Source of the DNA: Deltaproteobacteria bacterium
GTDB lineage: Bacteria > JACQOV01
NCBI GenBank assembly: GCA_016202395.1
Contig: JACQOV010000095.1
Location: 1,335 to 65,334, forward strand
Length of the DNA: 64,000 nucleotides
Direction of reading: 5' to 3'
Shown: positions 1 through 9,391 of the stretch, piece after piece
Numbering within the stretch: position 1 is the first letter of the stretch
How the letters are laid out: every line of letters begins with the position of its first letter
Made by a program: the position numbers and the translations under genes
The notes under the pieces: generated by a model
Database searches by the model: none
What the model saw: the letters and a program-made list of their open reading frames with translations, nothing else
What the model was told of the DNA's origin: nothing

Positions 1-1762
1 AAACGCTGGTCGAGGTGATCTTGATCTTTCGATCGATCTCCCCTGCCTTAACAACCTCTTTGGCAATCTTTCGGGCGACGGAGGCAAGCTCCCGTTCCAA
101 GTTGCGAACACCCGCTTCCCGCGTGTACTTTCGAATAATAGCTAGCGTTGCCGACCGGATGAACCCGATATTTTCTTTCTTAAGCCCGTGAGCTTCGATC
201 TGTTTCGGAACCAAAAACTTCTCGGCGATATTGAACTTCTCATCCTCGGTGTAACCCGCGATGCGGATAATCTCCATCCGGTCTTTCAAAGGATTGGGGA
301 TCGGGTGCAAGGTGTTGGCTGTCGTGATAAACATGACCTCGGAGAGATCGTAATCCAAATCCAGATAATGATCCTGAAACATATGATTCTGCTCGGGGTC
401 TAGAACCTCCAATAGAGCTGCGGAAGGATCTCCTCGAAAATCCATGCTCATTTTGTCGATCTCATCCAAAAGATAAACAGGATTGGCGCTCCCTGCTTTC
501 TTCATCCCTTGGACGATTTTTCCTGGAAGCGCCCCGATGTAGGTTCTCCGATGTCCCCGGATCTCGGCTTCATCGCGAACCCCACCCAACGAAACTCGGA
601 CAAACTTTCGACCGGTTGCCCGAGCAATCGATCGAGCCAGAGAGGTCTTTCCAACCCCAGGAGGCCCCACGAAACAAAGAATCGGCCCTTTCATCTTTTT
701 GACGAGAGTCTGAACCGCGAGGTACTCCCCGATCCGTTCTTTGACCTGTTTGAGCCCGTAGTGATCCTCATCCAAAATCTTCTCGGCCTCTTTGAGATCG
801 ATCTTTTCCTCAGTTCGTTCTCCCCAAGGAAGGGATAAGATCCAGTCGATGTAGTTGCGAACCACGGTCGCTTCCGCAGACATCGGCGACATCATCTTGA
901 GTTTTTTGATCTCCGATTTGACCTTCTTGGAGGCCTCTGCCGAAAGCTTCTTCTGTTCGGTCTTTTCCTCAAGCCCTTGGATTTCTGTCTTAAACTCATC
1001 CTTCTCACCCAACTCTTTCTGGATGGCCTTCATCTGCTCGTTGAGATAGTACTCTTTTTGAGTCTTCTCCATCTGCTTCTTCACCCGAGTTCGGATACGA
1101 CGCTCCAATTGCAGAATCTCAAGCTCCGATTGGAGAAGTTCATAGATCTTCTCCAGCCGCGACATCGTCCCATCGATCTCCAAAACCTTCTGTTTATCCT
1201 CCAATTTCAGGCTGAGATGGGCAATAACGGTGTCAGCCAACCGCGAGGGATTGTCAATGCTGGAGACCGAAACCAGCATGTCGGGCGGGATCTTGGGATT
1301 GAGCTTCACGTAAGTTTCAAAAGTGGAAATAACGCTGCGAACCAAGGCTTCGACATCCGGCCCTTGAACAAGCTCCTCTTCAATCTCTTGGATCTGAGCT
1401 CCAAGGTAATTGTCAATGGGAACGAACTGAAGAATTCGAGCCCGCCTCTTCCCCTCGACCAACACTTTGACCGTTCCATCCGGGAGACGCAAGAGCTGCA
1501 AGATCGTGGCAACCGTTCCCACCAGATAGATATCCTCAGGTTTGGGATCGTTAACCTTGGCATTCTTCTGCGCCACGAGAAGGATATCCTTATCCCCCTT
1601 CATCCCCTCTTCGAGGGCCACAACCGACCTCTCACGCCCCACAAACAAGGGAACCACCATGTGCGGGAAGATAATAATATCGCGCAGCGGGATTAAAGGG
1701 ACTTCCCTTCCCAACCCGACATTCTGCGGATCCTTCTCACCCTCTCCAGTTTTATAAAACAT
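1..1762 (-). CDS. lon: ATP-dependent Lon protease, N-terminal ~587 aa; the 3' end runs off the window
   Basis: Reverse-complement translation from the ATG at 1762 gives [44 protein letters not shown]... (Lon N-domain). Near coordinate 1 it reads ...[14 protein letters not shown]..., the Lon AAA+ signature. It follows clpX in the conserved tig-clpP-clpX-lon order. Plus-strand ORFs 188..403, 509..838 and 977..1696 are antisense shadows. Confidence 0.9.
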   Translation of the reverse strand, partial: MFYKTGEGEKDPQNVGLGREVPLIPLRDIIIFPHMVVPLFVGRERSVVALEEGMKGDKDILLVAQKNAKVNDPKPEDIYLVGTVATILQLLRLPDGTVKVLVEGKRRARILQFVPIDNYLGAQIQEIEEELVQGPDVEALVRSVISTFETYVKLNPKIPPDMLVSVSSIDNPSRLADTVIAHLSLKLEDKQKVLEIDGTMSRLEKIYELLQSELEILQLERRIRTRVKKQMEKTQKEYYLNEQMKAIQKELGEKDEFKTEIQGLEEKTEQKKLSAEASKKVKSEIKKLKMMSPMSAEATVVRNYIDWILSLPWGERTEEKIDLKEAEKILDEDHYGLKQVKERIGEYLAVQTLVKKMKGPILCFVGPPGVGKTSLARSIARATGRKFVRVSLGGVRDEAEIRGHRRTYIGALPGKIVQGMKKAGSANPVYLLDEIDKMSMDFRGDPSAALLEVLDPEQNHMFQDHYLDLDYDLSEVMFITTANTLHPIPNPLKDRMEIIRIAGYTEDEKFNIAEKFLVPKQIEAHGLKKENIGFIRSATLAIIRKYTREAGVRNLERELASVARKIAKEVVKAGEIDRKIKITSTSV

Positions 1763-1767
1763 CGCCT

Positions 1768-3018
1768 TTAAGTCCCCACCTTCTTCTCATAAACGAGTAT
1801 AGGAGATTTCTTGCCGTAAACCACCTCTTCGTCCACCACCACCTCTTTAACGTCGCTCCGAGAGGGGATATCGTACATCACATCCAACATGACACTTTCC
1901 AGGATCGCCCGCAAGCCGCGGGCCCCTGATCCCCGCCGAAGGGCCTCCGAAGCAATGCCCACCACAGCCTCCTCCGTGAATTTAAGCTTTACATCCTCAA
2001 AGTCAAGTAGTTTCTGATACTGTTTCATCAAGGCGTTTTTCGGTTTCCTTAAAATGTCGATCAACGCCTGCTCGTCCAACTGATCCAGCGTGGCAATCAT
2101 AGGGAGACGGCCGATAAACTCAGGGATCAGGCCAAACTTGAGCAAATCCTCCGGCTCCACCTGATGGAGAAGCTCGCTTACTTTTTTATCCTTTTTGCTG
2201 TGAATCTCAGCGCCAAAGCCGAGCTGCTTTACTCTCAAACGCTGTTCTATCATTCTATCTAGTCCCTCAAAAGCCCCGCCACAAATAAAAAGAATCCCTG
2301 AAGTATTGACCTGAACAAAATCCTGCTGCGGGTGTTTGCGTCCCCCCTTGGGAGGCACACTGGCCATGGTCCCTTCGATAATCTTAAGGAGAGCCTGCTG
2401 CACCCCCTCTCCCGACACGTCGCGCGTAATAGAGGGGTTCTCAGACTTTCGAGAGATTTTGTCGATCTCATCGATGTAGACAATCCCCCGTTGCGCCTTT
2501 TCAACATCATATTCCGAGTTCTGCAAGAGGTTCAAAATGATGTTCTCCACATCCTCACCGACATATCCCGCCTCGGTCAAACTGGTCGCATCCGCAATCG
2601 TAAACGGAACATCCAGAATTCGGGCCAACGTCTGAGCCAATAACGTTTTCCCAGATCCTGTGGGGCCAATCAGCAAGATGTTGCTTTTTTGGAGCTCGAC
2701 ATCATCCAAATGCCCTTTCGAATCGATCCTTTTATAATGGTTATGAACAGCAACGGAGAGAATCTTCTTGGCTCTTTCCTGCCCAATCACATACTGGTCC
2801 AAGACTCTTTTAATCTCCGCTGGTCTTGGGATCTTTTTCTTGGCGTTAGAAAATTCTTCTCGCTCGTACTCCTCGGCGATAATGTCATTGCAAAGCTCAA
2901 TGCACTCATCGCAGATATAAACCGTGGGCCCCGCAATAAGCTTCCTCACCTCCCTTTGACTCTTCCCGCAAAAGGAGCAGTTGAGCTGTCCGTTGTCCTC
3001 TCGACGCTTTGTGATCAA
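1768..3018 (-). CDS. clpX: ATP-dependent Clp protease ATP-binding subunit ClpX
   Basis: 416 aa. N-terminal zinc-binding C4 motif (CSFCGKS...CDEC), Walker A GPTGSGKT, and the ClpX IGF-loop region GFGA. Confidence 0.95.
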   Translation of the reverse strand: MITKRREDNGQLNCSFCGKSQREVRKLIAGPTVYICDECIELCNDIIAEEYEREEFSNAKKKIPRPAEIKRVLDQYVIGQERAKKILSVAVHNHYKRIDSKGHLDDVELQKSNILLIGPTGSGKTLLAQTLARILDVPFTIADATSLTEAGYVGEDVENIILNLLQNSEYDVEKAQRGIVYIDEIDKISRKSENPSITRDVSGEGVQQALLKIIEGTMASVPPKGGRKHPQQDFVQVNTSGILFICGGAFEGLDRMIEQRLRVKQLGFGAEIHSKKDKKVSELLHQVEPEDLLKFGLIPEFIGRLPMIATLDQLDEQALIDILRKPKNALMKQYQKLLDFEDVKLKFTEEAVVGIASEALRRGSGARGLRAILESVMLDVMYDIPSRSDVKEVVVDEEVVYGKKSPILVYEKKVGT

Positions 3019-3019
3019 G

Positions 3020-3634
3020 TTAACCTCCGACGACCTTCTTCGGTTTCTCTACTTCACGATGCTCCACCACCTGATCTACAATCCCATATTTCATCGCCTC
3101 GCCACCGGTCATATAGAAATCGCGATCAGAATCTTTCATGATCTTATCCAAAGTCTGCCCCGTGTGCTCGCAGAGAATCCGATTCAACTCCTCCTTCATC
3201 CGCAAAATCTCTCGAGCTTGGATATCGATATCGGTGGCCTGCCCATGAAAACCGCCACTCGGTTGATGGATCAAAATCCGGGCATGCGGCAACGCAAATC
3301 GTTTTCCCCGCGCCCCTGCCGCCAACAGCAATGCCCCCATGCTCGCGGCAAGCCCCATGCACAAGGTCGAAACATCCGGTTTCACATACTGCATGGTGTC
3401 ATAAATCGCCAACCCCGCCGTCACGATCCCGCCGGGGGAGTTAATGTAGAGGTGAATATCTTTGTCGGGATCCTCCGACTCCAAAAAGAGTATCTGAGCA
3501 ATCACCAAATTAGCAACGTCATCATTAATGGGGGAGCCTATAAAAACAATCCGATCTTTTAACAGGCGCGAATAGATGTCGTAGGCGCGCTCTCCTCGGT
3601 GAGTTTGTTCGACGACCATGGGAATCAGATTCAT
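3020..3634 (-). CDS. clpP: ATP-dependent Clp protease proteolytic subunit ClpP
   Basis: 204 aa. Ser-His-Asp triad context ([11 protein letters not shown]). Sits directly upstream of clpX. Confidence 0.95.
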   Translation of the reverse strand: MNLIPMVVEQTHRGERAYDIYSRLLKDRIVFIGSPINDDVANLVIAQILFLESEDPDKDIHLYINSPGGIVTAGLAIYDTMQYVKPDVSTLCMGLAASMGALLLAAGARGKRFALPHARILIHQPSGGFHGQATDIDIQAREILRMKEELNRILCEHTGQTLDKIMKDSDRDFYMTGGEAMKYGIVDQVVEHREVEKPKKVVGG

Positions 3635-3725
3635 AAAACCTCCTCATGACTCAGTGCAGCGAGAAATGGAGTCTCTGTTAATTATAGTGCTTCCCTCTCA
3701 AAAATCAAGACAACTCTGCAAAAAT

Positions 3726-3793
3726 GTCATCCCCGCGAAAGCAGTGACCCAGTCTTATGGATGTTACTGGATCCCCGTTCTCACGGAGATGAC
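3726..3793. repeat. Two degenerate REP-like units (GTCATCCCCGCGAAAGC... and GGATCCCCGTTCTCACGGAGATGAC) in the tig-clpP intergenic region
   Basis: Same hairpin-plus-ATGAC architecture as the units at 6141-6234, 58829-58945 and 60488-60512. Confidence 0.6.
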
Positions 3794-3794
3794 G

Positions 3795-5072
3795 TTAGGA
3801 AATTCTGGATTGTGAAAGGAGGAATTCTAGAACTTTTTGGTGCCGAAGATCCGCACGAACGCCCGCCATAAGACCTTGCTTCTCGTAGACCGGACGAATC
3901 TGCTCCACAGGATGTTTCATCTGTGCTGAGAGTTTTTGAAAATGCTGATCGAGATCGCCCTCTTCAATCTCAATCGACTCTTTGCGAGCAATCGCCTCTA
4001 ACAGAAGAGAAGCTCTCACCCGCTGTTCTGCCTCAGAACGATAATTTGTCCGCGCCGCTTCAGGATCCCAACCGATCTTTTTAGGGTCGATCTTTTGCTG
4101 CGCGAATCGTTGCTCCGTATTGTAAACCATCCATTCGAGCTCGGATTCGATCATCGAAACAGGAAGATCAAAGGGGTTCTTCTCAATCAGTTGTCGAACC
4201 AACTGATGGCGAAGGTCGGCTTGGGCCTGATGTTCTTCTCGCGCTGTTAATTGAGAGCGAATCTTCGATTGGAGTTGATCCAAGGTCTCAAAATCCCCAA
4301 CACTCTTTGCAAACTCGTCATTGAGTGAGGGAAGTTCTTTAGTTTTGATCTCCTTAACCGTAACTCGAAAGAGGATCCCCTTTTGAGCAAGCTCTTTCTT
4401 GGGATAATTTTCAGGGAACGTCACCTGGATCTCTCGAGCGCCTCCAGAACGCTCCCCCATCAGCTGCTCTTCAAAACCCGGGACAAACTGGTTCGAGCCA
4501 ATCTCTAAAAGGTAATCGGTGGCGCTTGCCTCGGGGATTTTTTTGCCTTCAAGACTCCCCTCAAAATCGATTCGAACAAAATCCCCTTTTTGAACCCCAC
4601 GATCTTCCACTAACGGCTTGAGTTGAGCTAAACTATTCTGAACCTTCTCCAGCTCTTTCCGAATCTCCTCTTCACCGACGTGAACCTTCTTATTTTGAAG
4701 CTCAAATCCTTTGTACTCCCGAACCTCCACTTGAGGGCGAATCTCAAAACGGGCCACATAATGAAATTCTTCTCCAGGAACAATGTTGATCTTCTCTAAA
4801 ATCGGCTTGGAGATAGCCTCCAAAGAGAGTTGCTGTAACGCCTGCGGATAGGAACTAGAGAATAATTTCTCGGCCACATCGTGGCGAACCTCATTCCCAT
4901 AAACTCGCTCGAGCACCGGCCGAGGGATTTTGCCTGGACGGAACCCTTTGACCTTGGCCCGCCTTTGAGCCTTGCGATAGGCATCCTCAAATTCCTTGTC
5001 GACCTCGACCTTGGGAACTTGAACGCTAATCCTTTTTTCAATGGAACTGATCTCTTCCAAGTCGATCTTCAT
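3795..5072 (-). CDS. tig: trigger factor (peptidyl-prolyl isomerase chaperone)
   Basis: 425 aa. N-terminal ribosome-binding signature GFRPGKIP and an FKBP-like middle domain. Position upstream of clpP. Confidence 0.9.
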   Translation of the reverse strand: MKIDLEEISSIEKRISVQVPKVEVDKEFEDAYRKAQRRAKVKGFRPGKIPRPVLERVYGNEVRHDVAEKLFSSSYPQALQQLSLEAISKPILEKINIVPGEEFHYVARFEIRPQVEVREYKGFELQNKKVHVGEEEIRKELEKVQNSLAQLKPLVEDRGVQKGDFVRIDFEGSLEGKKIPEASATDYLLEIGSNQFVPGFEEQLMGERSGGAREIQVTFPENYPKKELAQKGILFRVTVKEIKTKELPSLNDEFAKSVGDFETLDQLQSKIRSQLTAREEHQAQADLRHQLVRQLIEKNPFDLPVSMIESELEWMVYNTEQRFAQQKIDPKKIGWDPEAARTNYRSEAEQRVRASLLLEAIARKESIEIEEGDLDQHFQKLSAQMKHPVEQIRPVYEKQGLMAGVRADLRHQKVLEFLLSQSRIS

Positions 5073-5090
5073 AAATTCCTAACCCATTCA

Positions 5091-5172
5091 TGCCGAGGGG
5101 GGGAGTTGAACCCCCACGTCTTTCGACACATGGTCCTAAGCCATGCGCGTCTGCCAATTTCGCCACCTCGGC
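5091..5172 (-). tRNA. tRNA-Leu (anticodon TAG), class II with long variable arm
   Basis: Hand-folded cloverleaf: acceptor GCCGAGG/CCTCGGC, anticodon stem CATGG/CCATG, loop CTTAGGA, 12-nt variable arm, T-loop TTCAACT. No encoded CCA. Confidence 0.85.
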
Positions 5173-5191
5173 TCACTCTGTCAAGGGCACC

Positions 5192-5755
5192 TTAAATTTT
5201 GCCAACGAGATCTAGGCTTGGCTTGAGGGTCTTTTTGCCGGGCCTCCAACTGGCGGGACAAACCTCCCCCTTGTTCTCCCGGACAAACTTGGCTGCCTGA
5301 AGTTTTCTCAAGATCTCTTCAGCGCTCCGACCAATGCTGTTGTCATGGATCTCGATCGCTTTGAGAACGCCATCGGGATCAATAATAAAACTCCCTCGCA
5401 ATGAAAGCCCTGCCGCTTCGATGTAGGTTCCAAAGAGACGGCAAAGATTTCCCGTCGGATCCGCAATCATCGGATAGCGGATCTTTTGGATCGAGGGGGA
5501 ACCATCATGCCACGCTTTATGAACGTAGACCGTGTCGGTGCTAACACTAGCCACCTCAGCCCCTTCCTTTTTAAACGAATCGTAGAGCCCCGCGGCCTCT
5601 TCCAACTCCGTTGGACAAACAAAAGTAAAATCGGCAGGATAAAAGAGAAGAACCAACCACTTTCCAGAATAATCGGAAAGCTTGAACTTCTTGGTTTGAT
5701 TATTCTCAAAAACATCGACCTGAAACTCAGGGACTTTTTCGCCTACTTTAACCAT
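5192..5755 (-). CDS. 2-Cys peroxiredoxin (AhpC/TSA family)
   Basis: 187 aa. Peroxidatic Cys motif FTFVCPTE and resolving Cys VCPASW. Confidence 0.9.
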   Translation of the reverse strand: MVKVGEKVPEFQVDVFENNQTKKFKLSDYSGKWLVLLFYPADFTFVCPTELEEAAGLYDSFKKEGAEVASVSTDTVYVHKAWHDGSPSIQKIRYPMIADPTGNLCRLFGTYIEAAGLSLRGSFIIDPDGVLKAIEIHDNSIGRSAEEILRKLQAAKFVRENKGEVCPASWRPGKKTLKPSLDLVGKI

Positions 5756-5844
5756 GGCTTGTACCTCCTTTATGAAGTTAAAATCTCTAAAAGATTTTCA
5801 AATCTACGATCCCATCATTCTAAAGTCAATGGGATCTCCTAAAA

Positions 5845-5921
5845 TGGTCGGGGCGCCCGGATTTGAACCGGGGACCCTCTGCTCCCAAAGCAGATGCGCT
5901 ACCAGTCTGCGCTACGCCCCG
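5845..5921 (-). tRNA. tRNA-Pro (anticodon TGG) with encoded CCA
   Basis: Acceptor CGGGGCG/CGCCCCG (C1:G72, as in bacterial tRNA-Pro), anticodon stem TCTGC/GCAGA, loop TTTGGGA, T-loop TTCAAAT, then ACCA. Confidence 0.85.
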
Positions 5922-6140
5922 ATGAGAAGAGTGTATGTTTAGACGGTTTTCCAATGATAGTGGGATCGTCCTCCCGCGTCAATGCTGGATGGATCACGGA
6001 CATCCAAATCCTGGTTCCGTAAGCTCGAAGTTTCAGGCGGCTTTTGGGGTACTGTCCACACGGAGTAAAAACCCTAAGGCATGAAGAACAACATAAAGAC
6101 TTGAAATACTCCACAGTCATGTCAAAGTCCGCAGTCGATC

Positions 6141-6234
6141 GTCATCCCCGCGGAAGCGGGGATCCAGTTCTTTCAATGGACTGGATTCCCACTTTCGTGG
6201 GAATGACATGGGTCCCCGTTTTTACGGGAATGAC
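6141..6234. repeat. Cluster of three REP-like palindromic units, one inverted and two direct
   Basis: Unit 6141-6165 is gtcatccccgcggaagcggggatcc. Unit 6183-6207 is ggattcccactttcgtgggaatgac. Unit 6211-6234 is gtccccgtttttacgggaatgac. Each is a short hairpin followed by (G)GRATGAC. Confidence 0.75.
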
Positions 6235-6387
6235 GGATGGAGTGGCAGAATGATGTGATCCTGCCCTCATATACTCCTTCGACTCTAAATGGCGGATTGT
6301 TGCTATGGGAAAATAAAAAATCTCCTTGGAATTTTAAATCAACGACTTATAAAGGAGTGTTACGAGAATTTTTTGAGAAATAGGTCG

Positions 6388-7029
6388 TTAGTCCGCTTGC
6401 GAAGCAATTTTCATAGCTTCTAATTCTTTACGGTCACGCTCGTTACAAATTTCTGCATAAAATTCAGCTCGCTTTTCTGCATACTTCTTCTTATCTACAA
6501 AATCTAATTTGGATTTAGACTTTAGCAGTAAGATGGACGAGTATTGGCGCAACAAGAGTACATCCAACCAAAGCAGGATAAAAGATAAGAACAAAGCAAC
6601 AATAATGATTGGGCAGATACTATTTGCAACTAAATACGTTTGTGCAATATTATATAATGGATAAGAAGAAAACAGTAAAGAAAGGAGAACCACAATAATT
6701 AAATGAGCTGATTCAAGAAGACTATCCACATAATCACACCAAATATAATTTTGGATGGGATCCTTCTCAATGCGAGCAATTTTATACAAATTGTCCTCAT
6801 CTATGCTTCTTAATAGCCATAAGAGAATTCTAAACACAAAAAATAATAAAATTAATTCTACTACAAATAAAGCAATCGTCCCCCAAAGCCATGCTAAGAG
6901 ATATATCGGCTCGAAGAAATCATCCTTATCTTCATGCCAATAAAGCACCCAAGAAATGGATACAAAAAGGCCTCCAATAAAACTATATACTTCAGAACGT
7001 TTGAGTGAATTTAAAGGTAGTAAGGTCAT
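6388..7029 (-). CDS. hypothetical polytopic membrane protein with a charged C-terminal tail, in an AT-rich patch
   Basis: 213-aa ORF. Several hydrophobic segments and a strongly AT-biased codon composition relative to neighbours. No recognisable motif. Confidence 0.5.
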   Translation of the reverse strand: MTLLPLNSLKRSEVYSFIGGLFVSISWVLYWHEDKDDFFEPIYLLAWLWGTIALFVVELILLFFVFRILLWLLRSIDEDNLYKIARIEKDPIQNYIWCDYVDSLLESAHLIIVVLLSLLFSSYPLYNIAQTYLVANSICPIIIVALFLSFILLWLDVLLLRQYSSILLLKSKSKLDFVDKKKYAEKRAEFYAEICNERDRKELEAMKIASQAD

Positions 7030-7032
7030 GTT

Positions 7033-7097
7033 CTAAATTAAAAATTTGGCGCGCCCGGGAGGATTCGAACCTCCGACCCTCTGTTTAGCTTACTATT
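7033..7097 (-). repeat. Partial duplicate of the tRNA-Arg(UCU) 3' exon (with CCA) plus the last ~15 nt of its group I intron; an att-like direct repeat
   Basis: ggcgcgcccgggaggattcgaacctccgaccctctgtttagcttactattcc matches 9389-9445 (gtgcgcccgggaggattcgaacctccgaccctctgcttagcttactactcc) with 2-3 mismatches. The 5' half of the tRNA is absent. Confidence 0.8.
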
Positions 7098-7485
7098 CCT
7101 TAACAGAAAAACCTAGTTTAGCGGCTATCTTTTTTTGAGGAACGTCCAAAGTTAGAAAAAGCAGATCTGAGGACCGAGGGGACAAATAAAGGGCACATGC
7201 AAGATGCCACGCATCGGCACCCCGCAAATAACCCTGCTTTAATACTGCGCTGATCTCTGGATTCAAAGGACGATCTGGCAAAACCCACCGAACTGCATCC
7301 AGAGACGCGCTTGCGAATTGAATGTCGATGGCTTCTCGAACAAAAACGGATCGTAACTCAGCCTCCAGCAAATTGGAAGAGAAAACGGCATCGAGCTTTT
7401 GCAGCGACCGCCTCATCGCTTTTCCACCCCGCTCATTAAAGAGAATCGCCACAATAACAGAGGTATCGATGTAGGCGATTTTCAT
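7093..7485 (-). CDS. vapC: PIN-domain toxin (VapC family)
   Basis: 130 aa. MKIAYIDTSVIVA start with the conserved acidic PIN residues. Directly downstream of, and abutting, an antitoxin gene. Confidence 0.8.
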   Translation of the reverse strand: MKIAYIDTSVIVAILFNERGGKAMRRSLQKLDAVFSSNLLEAELRSVFVREAIDIQFASASLDAVRWVLPDRPLNPEISAVLKQGYLRGADAWHLACALYLSPRSSDLLFLTLDVPQKKIAAKLGFSVKE

Positions 7486-7755
7486 TTAGTCCCTGGATTG
7501 GAGAAATCGTCGCAGAGCCCCAGGCCGCTTGGCCATCGGTCGAATCTCTCCTGGACGAGCTGCAGAAGTCGTAATAATTCCGGAAAGTTCTAACTCACCC
7601 AATCGTTTAACGATGCCGTTGTGGGAAGTTAAAGGAACCACCTTGGCTATATCGTGCCCACGTTCTGTAATGATGACGAAGCGATGCTTCTTGACTAGCC
7701 GGATTACCTCGCTCAACCTGCTCTTGGCCTGGTAAATAGAATATCTTAAAGGCAT
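7486..7755 (-). CDS. Phd/YefM-type antitoxin
   Basis: 89 aa. The N-terminus (YSIYQAKSRLSEVIRLV..HRFVIITERGHDIAKVVPL) resembles the YefM/Phd fold. Its stop abuts the vapC start. Confidence 0.7.
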   Translation of the reverse strand: MPLRYSIYQAKSRLSEVIRLVKKHRFVIITERGHDIAKVVPLTSHNGIVKRLGELELSGIITTSAARPGEIRPMAKRPGALRRFLQSRD

Positions 7756-7881
7756 AAAGCAAGTATACTTAATCTGGTCAACTTGGTCAAGTCAAAATTG
7801 GCGCTCCCGACTGGACGCTTTTAGAACCGCGTGTGCTGAAATTACACTTACAGCCTGAAAATTTTGCATAGGCACTCCATT

Positions 7882-8883
7882 TTAAGTGCTTTGGGCCCTG
7901 ATTGCTTCAAAACCATTATTCAGCCGGTTTAAGAGAAACGGCTTCATGTTCTGAATTGCCTTTAACGGATCAATGCAATCAGCCTTTTCTATTTTTGAGA
8001 TATAAGGGCCGCTTCTTAACGATAATCTGATTATCGGTTCGTAATATTGACCAGTTTGAGGATTTACTGTGGCCAATTGCTCTATTTTGGCTAGTGCCGT
8101 ATGCCGTTTTGTCAGAATAACTTTATAGAAAACTAATGAAAATAGGCCAACCAAGATAACCAAATTACTGCTATGAGGATCTATACTACAGAACAATGTA
8201 TGGATTCCGAATGGAATTGGTCCAAACGCATTAATGATCGTTCGATCTTGCACAATGCTTACAATTGGGTAGTTGGGAAATTCTCCTGCTTTAATAAAAT
8301 TGCGAATAGCATCATATTCATTACCTTGTACTACGCCAGGACTACGTTGTTTGATCCACCACTCAAATGCGATTTTTGCAACTGCCCTCATGCAGAATGG
8401 ATTGTAAAAAATTGCGAAGTCGAAATGAAGATAAAAGGCCACGTCACTGATATCAGAAGACTGCATGTCTTCCCATGTAGTATTCGGATACTTTTCAGAA
8501 TAACTTTTCCTAGCCTCTTCAAGTTGATCAATAGGTCCTATAAAGGCAATTTTCTTTTTCTTACCATCAGAAGATATCGCTGTTTTATAGGAGAAAAGTC
8601 GTTGTTTAAGATCCTGTGGATTACGAACCTTTATCCGTTGTTTCACATCGCCAAAGTCAGCTTCTAACTCTAGCGCAGGGCGCTTGCCACGTTTCCCAGT
8701 AAGCTGAAGAAAGTTGGTAATAGGTGCGAGAGCCTTAATGATGACCTGTTCCACTTTCCCAAAATCATTGTTGCAAGATCGACCAACTGCACCTAACAGT
8801 GTTGGCCCCGTTCCTAATCCTTCGGGAATAATATGAGACTCGGAATCAGTTTCCTGGTTTTGACAATAAACACATTTAATCAT
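7882..8883 (-). CDS. Uncharacterised protein with an N-terminal HNH-like nuclease motif (HNH_5-like architecture)
   Basis: 333 aa. Begins MIKCVYCQNQETDSESHIIPEGLG...SCNNDFG (C-x2-C ... H ... C-N-N). The rest is uncharacterised. AT-rich codon usage. Confidence 0.55.
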   Translation of the reverse strand: MIKCVYCQNQETDSESHIIPEGLGTGPTLLGAVGRSCNNDFGKVEQVIIKALAPITNFLQLTGKRGKRPALELEADFGDVKQRIKVRNPQDLKQRLFSYKTAISSDGKKKKIAFIGPIDQLEEARKSYSEKYPNTTWEDMQSSDISDVAFYLHFDFAIFYNPFCMRAVAKIAFEWWIKQRSPGVVQGNEYDAIRNFIKAGEFPNYPIVSIVQDRTIINAFGPIPFGIHTLFCSIDPHSSNLVILVGLFSLVFYKVILTKRHTALAKIEQLATVNPQTGQYYEPIIRLSLRSGPYISKIEKADCIDPLKAIQNMKPFLLNRLNNGFEAIRAQST

Positions 8884-8894
8884 TGCTCAAGTCC

Positions 8895-9257
8895 TTAGTC
8901 CGGCTCCCTTTTCAGGCTTTGAATCAATTTTGTAAGCATCTGGCAAACAGCCTGAAGATCGTCGCGTAACTCTGTTTTCTGAATCTCAACAATCAATCCC
9001 AATTCAAAACCAAGCTCAATCAGCGGCACACATTCGAAGGCTGATCCGCGAGAAATAAAATAAAAATTAGCTTTGTCTTTGGCATGCCAACGTCCGGAGC
9101 CTTCGGCAAGATTAAGCGTAATGCTGGTAGCTGCCCTATTAAGTTGGTCGCACCAACTGTATTGGCCTTTGACTTCCTTTGTAATTGTTAAAATCTTTTT
9201 AGAAAAGCTGAGAGCTCTTTTATAAACGTCCAGATTTTCAAATGCGAATTGACTCAT
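8895..9257 (-). CDS. four-helix-bundle protein of the 23S rRNA intervening-sequence protein family
   Basis: Family-typical motifs FAFENLDVYKRALSF, NLAEGSGR and FISRGSAFE. The long ORF reaches 9383, but the family-typical start is the internal Met (MSQFAFENL) at about 9257. Confidence 0.7.
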   Translation of the reverse strand: MSQFAFENLDVYKRALSFSKKILTITKEVKGQYSWCDQLNRAATSITLNLAEGSGRWHAKDKANFYFISRGSAFECVPLIELGFELGLIVEIQKTELRDDLQAVCQMLTKLIQSLKREPD

Positions 9258-9391
9258 AACGTTTTCTCTTCCCGAAGAACGGATTACGAACCACGTGAAC
9301 GAAAATTTGCGGCATTTAGAACCGAGTAAAGACTTGTAATTCGTTGACGTTTTTCGTTTTTCGGGAAAAATTCGCTGCCGCAAATTTTTGG

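Noticed and set aside
977-1757. Plus-strand ORFs 977..1696, 1542..1757, 188..403 and 509..838
   Set aside because: They are antisense shadows of the minus-strand lon gene, with low-complexity L/S/P-rich translations. The lon reading frame on the opposite strand is unambiguous.
6141-6234. Possible CRISPR array formed by the repeated GGGRATGAC hairpin units, also at 58829-58945
   Set aside because: The units are only 23-25 nt, occur in both orientations, and are separated by 0-15 nt rather than by regular ~30-nt spacers. No cas genes are present. They fit REP/BIME-type palindromic elements.
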